From the NCBI GenBank assembly GCA_017883235.1, contig JADGNY010000005.1:7180-71179 (forward strand): a stretch of 64,000 nucleotides of DNA. The letters are read 5' to 3'. Position 1 is the first letter of the stretch. Every line of letters starts with the position of its first letter. This stretch comes from Thermoanaerobaculia bacterium (GTDB taxonomy: Bacteria > Acidobacteriota > Thermoanaerobaculia > Gp7-AA8). The notes beneath the pieces are model-generated. The model was not told where the DNA came from and did not search any database. It saw nothing but the letters and a program-made list of their open reading frames with translations. This document shows positions 62,977 to 64,000 of this stretch, one piece after another. The translations under genes were made by a program, and so were the position numbers.

Positions 62977-63451
62977 ACAACGCGTCGCCGCGCTGGCCGC
63001 TGAGATTCGTGACGATGCAGGCGAAGCGCCTCTCTTCCTCCTGGGCATTCTCAAAGGGGCGTCGTGCTTCACGGCCGACCTGCTGCGCCGCATCCACGGC
63101 GAGGCAACCTACGGCTTCATCGACGTCGTGCGCGATGCCACCCACACGCACGGAGAGTCGACGGTAGAGATCGATTTCCTCAGTTGGATCGACATCGCCG
63201 GACTCAACGTCTACGTCGTCAAGGACGTCGTCACCACCGGCGTCATCGAGACCTACCTCCTGGCGCAGCTTCGCCAGAAGAACCCGGCCAGCCTCAAGCT
63301 CGTGGCGCTCATCGACCGGTCGGACGCGCGCACGGTCGACCTCACCGTCGACTTCCCCGCCTTCCAGACCTCCGACGGCGCCTACGCCGGCTACGGCCTC
63401 GAGATCGACGGGCGACATGGAAACCTGCCGTACCTGGTTACCGTTAGATAG
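62936..63451 (+). CDS. hpt: Hypoxanthine(-guanine) phosphoribosyltransferase
   Basis: TTG start overlapping tilS by 41 nt. ...LLGILKGA..F..DL... and PRPP loop VYVVKDVVTTGVI. ...GYGLEIDGRHGNLPY. Confidence 0.85.
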   Translation: MSKITKAFSAREIEQRVAALAAEIRDDAGEAPLFLLGILKGASCFTADLLRRIHGEATYGFIDVVRDATHTHGESTVEIDFLSWIDIAGLNVYVVKDVVTTGVIETYLLAQLRQKNPASLKLVALIDRSDARTVDLTVDFPAFQTSDGAYAGYGLEIDGRHGNLPYLVTVR

Positions 63452-63546
63452 GGCGGTCTTAGAATTTCACCACCGCCCTGTCCGTTCTCGGACGCGGTTA
63501 TGCATGGCACGCCCGAAGCATCCGCGTGTTCCCTTGGAGGCATTCA

Positions 63547-64000
63547 TTGAATTCGACGGTTAAAACGGCGCTCCTGTGGGTCGTCATCATCGTTCTGGTC
63601 TTCCTGCTGTGGAGTCTTTTCCAGACGACCAAAGGGGCCAGCGAAACGATCGCGTTCAGCCAGTTCATGGACCGCGTCAATCAGGGCGCGGTGGAGAGCG
63701 TCACGATCCGCGGCGATGAAGTCCGCGGCGAAACGAAAGCGACCATCCCCGGCGGCAAGAAAGAGTTCCACACCACCGCGCCGACGAACTATCCGGCCAT
63801 GATCGATCTCCTTCGCGCCAAGAGCGTGAAGGTTGAAGTCGAGCACGCCGCCGACACCCCCTTCATCACCGCGCTCATCACCTGGTTGCCGATCGTCTTT
63901 CTGGTCGGCCTCTGGATCTTCTTCATGCGTCAGATGCAGGCCGGCGGAAACAAGGCCCTCTCCTTCGGCAAGTCGAAGGCGAAGCTTCTCTCCGGCAACG
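63547..64000 (+). CDS. ftsH: ATP-dependent zinc metalloprotease FtsH, 5' part (runs off the window)
   Basis: TTG lies 7 nt after GGAGG. It reads (M)NSTVKTALLWVVIIVLVFLLW...FSQFMDRVNQGAVESVTI...ITWLPIVFLVGLWIFFMRQMQAGGNKALSFGKSKAKL, the canonical FtsH N-terminus. It is absent from the ORF track because there is no stop in the window. Confidence 0.85.
   Translation, partial: MNSTVKTALLWVVIIVLVFLLWSLFQTTKGASETIAFSQFMDRVNQGAVESVTIRGDEVRGETKATIPGGKKEFHTTAPTNYPAMIDLLRAKSVKVEVEHAADTPFITALITWLPIVFLVGLWIFFMRQMQAGGNKALSFGKSKAKLLSGN

Overview
This is a high-GC bacterial chromosomal window. Spot counts on 60-nt lines give about 65% GC. The gene content (tricorn protease, SPOR and CarboxypepD_reg domains, many toxin-antitoxin pairs) and the abundant long hairpin repeats suggest a soil Acidobacteriota-like genome, but that is inference only. 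I can support about 70 protein genes, one tRNA(CAT), several gene fragments and many REP/MITE-like hairpin elements. I see no rRNA, no CRISPR array and no recognisable integrase or transposase.

Core genes:
- tkt, lipB-NUDIX fusion, lipA, a 2Fe-2S ferredoxin and a HesB/IscA-like gene
- hemB, tilS-hpt-ftsH and a tricorn protease
- two SPFH modules
- a heterodimeric ABC exporter pair and a MacAB-like efflux operon
- a Ser/Thr kinase

Accessory content worth follow-up:
1. A six-gene, translationally coupled cassette of coiled-coil/TM proteins plus a lipoprotein (45.7-50.7 kb). It sits in a visibly AT-richer segment directly after the tRNA and next to rhuM, and no gene in it matches a family I can name.
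2. A strictly phased array of ten TTGATG-N8-CATCAA palindromes filling a divergent intergenic region (60.8-61.1 kb).
3. A chaperone-usher-like fibre operon whose outer-membrane component has an unusual pil_N, barrel, CarboxypepD_reg and SPOR architecture (14.5-19.2 kb).
4. A minisatellite of about 25 copies of a 21-bp hairpin unit (23.1-23.7 kb).
5. An unannotated 56-aa DUF1843-like ORF immediately upstream of a radical SAM/SPASM enzyme (7.06-8.7 kb).

All family names come from motif-level recognition of the translated ORFs. No database search, HMM or folding was run. Many long ORFs in the track are antisense artefacts of the high GC content.
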